Assembly: GCA_001430755.1 (NCBI GenBank)
Contig: CP013062.1
Location: 1,200,001 to 1,232,000 of the forward strand
Reading direction: 5' to 3'
Source of the DNA: Candidatus Peribacter riflensis
Lineage (GTDB): Bacteria > Patescibacteriota > Gracilibacteria > Peribacterales > Peribacteraceae
Length of the DNA: 32,000 nt
Numbering within the stretch: position 1 is the first letter of the stretch; the number at the start of each line of letters is the position of its first letter. This document shows positions 31,101 through 32,000 of this stretch, piece by piece. The notes beneath the pieces are model-generated. The model was not told where the DNA came from. It saw nothing but the letters and a program-made list of their open reading frames with translations, and did not search any database. Both the position numbers and the translations under genes were made by a program.

Positions 31101-32000
31101 GCGGGGGGACGGGAGTTTTGCTGTGGATGGGCCCTCCCCCGTATACGACGCCATACAGTATAGTGTGCACGGCCGGAGGCTCTTCCAGTTCTTCAGCAGG
31201 CGCCGTCTGCGGCAATAATATCAAAGAGGCTGGTGAGCAATGCGATGGGATCGTTGCGTGCTTACAACCAAACTGCATTCCAGGGGGCACCTGTCCGCAT
31301 TTCCAGTGCAATACGTCTACGTGTCTCTGCTACGTATCCCCGTCTTCTTCTTCAGCCGCATCATCACAGGTGTCCTTGCCGATCAGCGCGCTCTGCGGAA
31401 ACGGCGTGATCAATCCCCCCGAGGAGTGCGATGACCAGAATGTGCGTGCCGGCGATGGGTGCAATGCATTCTGCCAGCGCGAGCTTGGGTGGACCTGCGT
31501 CGAAATTCCCAGCATGTGTTCAACGCTCTGCGGAGACGGTATCCGCGCGGGTGTGGAACAGTGTGATGACGGCAATCTGTTCGACGGCGACGGCTGCTCG
31601 CGGAACTGCTGGATTGAACGACAGACGTCGGCCTCGTCTTCTACGGGTGTGCAGACATCCTCTATGGCACCGGCGCTGCCGCTCTGCGGCAACGGGAGCA
31701 TAGAAGGGAGCGAAGAATGCGAAGTGCGCGTGCGATGCGCGGACGGGAGCGCCTGTCAGAGCTGCAGGTGCATCTCGACGCAGCGTTGCGGGGATGGGCG
31801 GGTGGAGCAGCCCGAACAGTGCGATGCCAATTACCCGTGCCCCAATGGCGGCTTCTGCACGATTTCCTGCATATGCACGCAGCCATCCCTCTCCTCCTCA
31901 TCATCTTCTGCCGGCGAGCCGCCTCTTGTTGGTTGCGGAAACGGCCAGATGGAAGGAACGGAAGAGTGCGAAGTGCGCGTTTCCTGCAATCAGCCCGGTG
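28118..32000 (+). CDS. Large secreted cysteine-rich modular protein (3'-partial, at least 1294 aa): signal-anchor, Cys-rich CG[DN]G repeats, CxDTD module, four tandem copies of an unassigned GW.CD.DNF/HGF domain, further Cys-rich repeats
   Basis: This ORF is not in the ORF track because frame 2 stays open to the window end. I translated it by hand. ATG 28118 gives MRQRIAFLPFAFILVAGVAVAYVRDL (hydrophobic N-terminus). Downstream come CGNGTLDFGEQCDG..., CGDGVKEGAEQCDT..., CGNGVRDQAEECDM..., then near the end CGNGVINPPEECDDQNVRAGDGCNAFCQRE, CGDGIRAGVEQCDDGNLFDGDGCSRNCWIE and CGNGQMEGTEECEVRVSC at the window edge. All other plus-strand ORFs here are short and lie in frames 1 or 3. Confidence 0.85.
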   Translation, partial: MRQRIAFLPFAFILVAGVAVAYVRDLPLRTLYGDVNGEPALLYCDVNTGDQCDMSHGCPGISGTICRVSGDYCYCTTNHPACDAVHTADECDATHPCYEGTCVEDWNQCRCMATAGCGNGTLDFGEQCDGAAGSCSPGSACNPGSCTCTGTVPSAVCGDGVKEGAEQCDTSDAGCLSGQHCVGCICSSAVCGDANVQDAWGETCDFASVCSSSLCHSCKCSTCGNGVRDQAEECDMNAPTNTCPTGFFCENCRCEYSRPLAEGTCGNAQIDPGEACDPGIVNIVDPCPGEPWCDMETCLCTDQLEMRFCGDGNADPGEQCGEPTLAGNCLNCVQCRCRTGVGTDPQCGNGRIQRGEQCESTIQAIQNIHVCPSQPAQPRSAYCVWGECACRDITIASSSSSVANRDCTDTDALDTFTEGVTEICVVGQAGGWVCVPHGDTCANTQNVTEYFCSMDTLGQQNYFCANGCQAGRCLTAQASSSTSIHYSPFGAITAADASGITGWVCDRDNFMTPLAIRLWIDSVPSAQQSTADRPSTAAAAQCDGYNNHGFYFPATSALCNGVAHTILVTAGGIGSRGELASTIGPRQLLCTAPASSSSSTASLSYSPFGSVDSANESVITGWACDRDNFATALTVYLWVDSVPTPLTWITANTVSPVGSPYCGGYLSHGFSFQTPASLCDGVQHTVAVTAANIGSRGTDVPIGSYALTCGGSSSSHSSSSGVASPPTGWFDYATCERMEGWSCDLDAKTQYVTVDIYANGPKGQGTKVLTTTANTDRAAIVGEICGNGPSNHGFNIPLPASLKDGQPHTLYAYARDIVGGAADVLLFMGTEAPYVTPKTVTCAAPVSSSSSSSSSSQSSTHRDCLGPGGTMISVPIDQPCPPLSSSSSSRSSIPQVVHPPVGQFDTATCQSLDGWACDEDNFLTKLTIDIYMDGPVGVGTKVLTTVADDPSSIGILELCGNQPNHGFTVAPPLSLKDGQPHTLYAYARDVGGGMGGGTGVLLWMGPPPYTTPYSIVCTAGGSSSSSAGAVCGNNIKEAGEQCDGIVACLQPNCIPGGTCPHFQCNTSTCLCYVSPSSSSAASSQVSLPISALCGNGVINPPEECDDQNVRAGDGCNAFCQRELGWTCVEIPSMCSTLCGDGIRAGVEQCDDGNLFDGDGCSRNCWIERQTSASSSTGVQTSSMAPALPLCGNGSIEGSEECEVRVRCADGSACQSCRCISTQRCGDGRVEQPEQCDANYPCPNGGFCTISCICTQPSLSSSSSSAGEPPLVGCGNGQMEGTEECEVRVSCNQPG
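29566..31180 (+). repeat. Four tandem copies (two subtypes) of an unassigned ~110-125-aa domain separated by Ser-rich linkers
   Basis: Copies 1 and 2 begin YSPFG[AS][IV]..A[DN].S.ITGW[VA]CDRDNF and continue ...C.GY..HGF.F..P[AT]S.LC[DN]GV.HT[IV].VTA..IGSRG. Copies 3 and 4 begin G[WQ]FD.ATC....GW[SA]CD.D and continue ...GTKVLTT.A...........CGN.P.NHGF.[IV]..P.SLKDGQPHTLYAYARD. The DNA ctcaaagatggccagccccacaccctctatgcgtatgc is identical at 30521 and 31040, an offset of 519 nt. Confidence 0.85.

Noticed and set aside
1-32000. Alternative genetic code (UGA recoding), considered because the gene content resembles uncultivated lineages.
   Set aside because: TGA terminates gene 7 immediately after the conserved ...GWAWMRRRRR tail. 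It also terminates gene 6 and the RNase gene at sensible positions. TAG (gene 1) and TAA (genes 2 and 3, rluB) are used too. The standard code fits.

Overview
High-GC (about 60% by eye) bacterial window. About 29 of 32 kb is taken up by six very large genes for secreted, cysteine-rich, modular repeat proteins. Gene 1 (3-5144 +, truncated at the 5' window edge) has CGDG/EQCD Cys repeats, an Ig-like segment, an 8-blade YVTN propeller, a 12-repeat Cys-rich stalk and a C-terminal anchor. Genes 2 (5192-11446 -) and 3 (11542-15534 -) are a paralogous pair built from about 36 and about 19 copies (by-eye counts) of a 'GACC' cysteine repeat I cannot assign to a named family. They share a near-identical promoter and N-terminal anchor, and a conserved C-terminal module and tail. 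Gene 6 (18102-21749 +) has a 7-blade RCC1-like propeller, a DUF11-like Ig segment, an unknown Cys-poor domain and Cys repeats, with no anchor. Gene 7 (21755-28060 +) has three FG-GAP/VCBS propellers followed by the same 12-repeat stalk and anchor as gene 1. Gene 8 (28118 to beyond 32000 +, truncated at the 3' edge) has Cys repeats and four tandem copies of an unassigned domain. Only two housekeeping genes sit between them: an RluB-type pseudouridine synthase (15606-16430) and a TTHA0252-type beta-CASP metallo-beta-lactamase RNase (16517-17980). I saw no rRNA, tRNA, CRISPR array, transposase or integrase. TAA, TAG and TGA all act as stops. Start codons lack Shine-Dalgarno sequences, and at least two giants appear to be leaderless. 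The main candidate system is this surface-protein island: interchangeable beta-propeller heads on a shared disulfide-rich stalk, with two different conserved C-terminal sorting-like signals. All domain names rest on motif recognition by eye, and no searches were run. Long antisense ORFs in the track are GC-driven artefacts.
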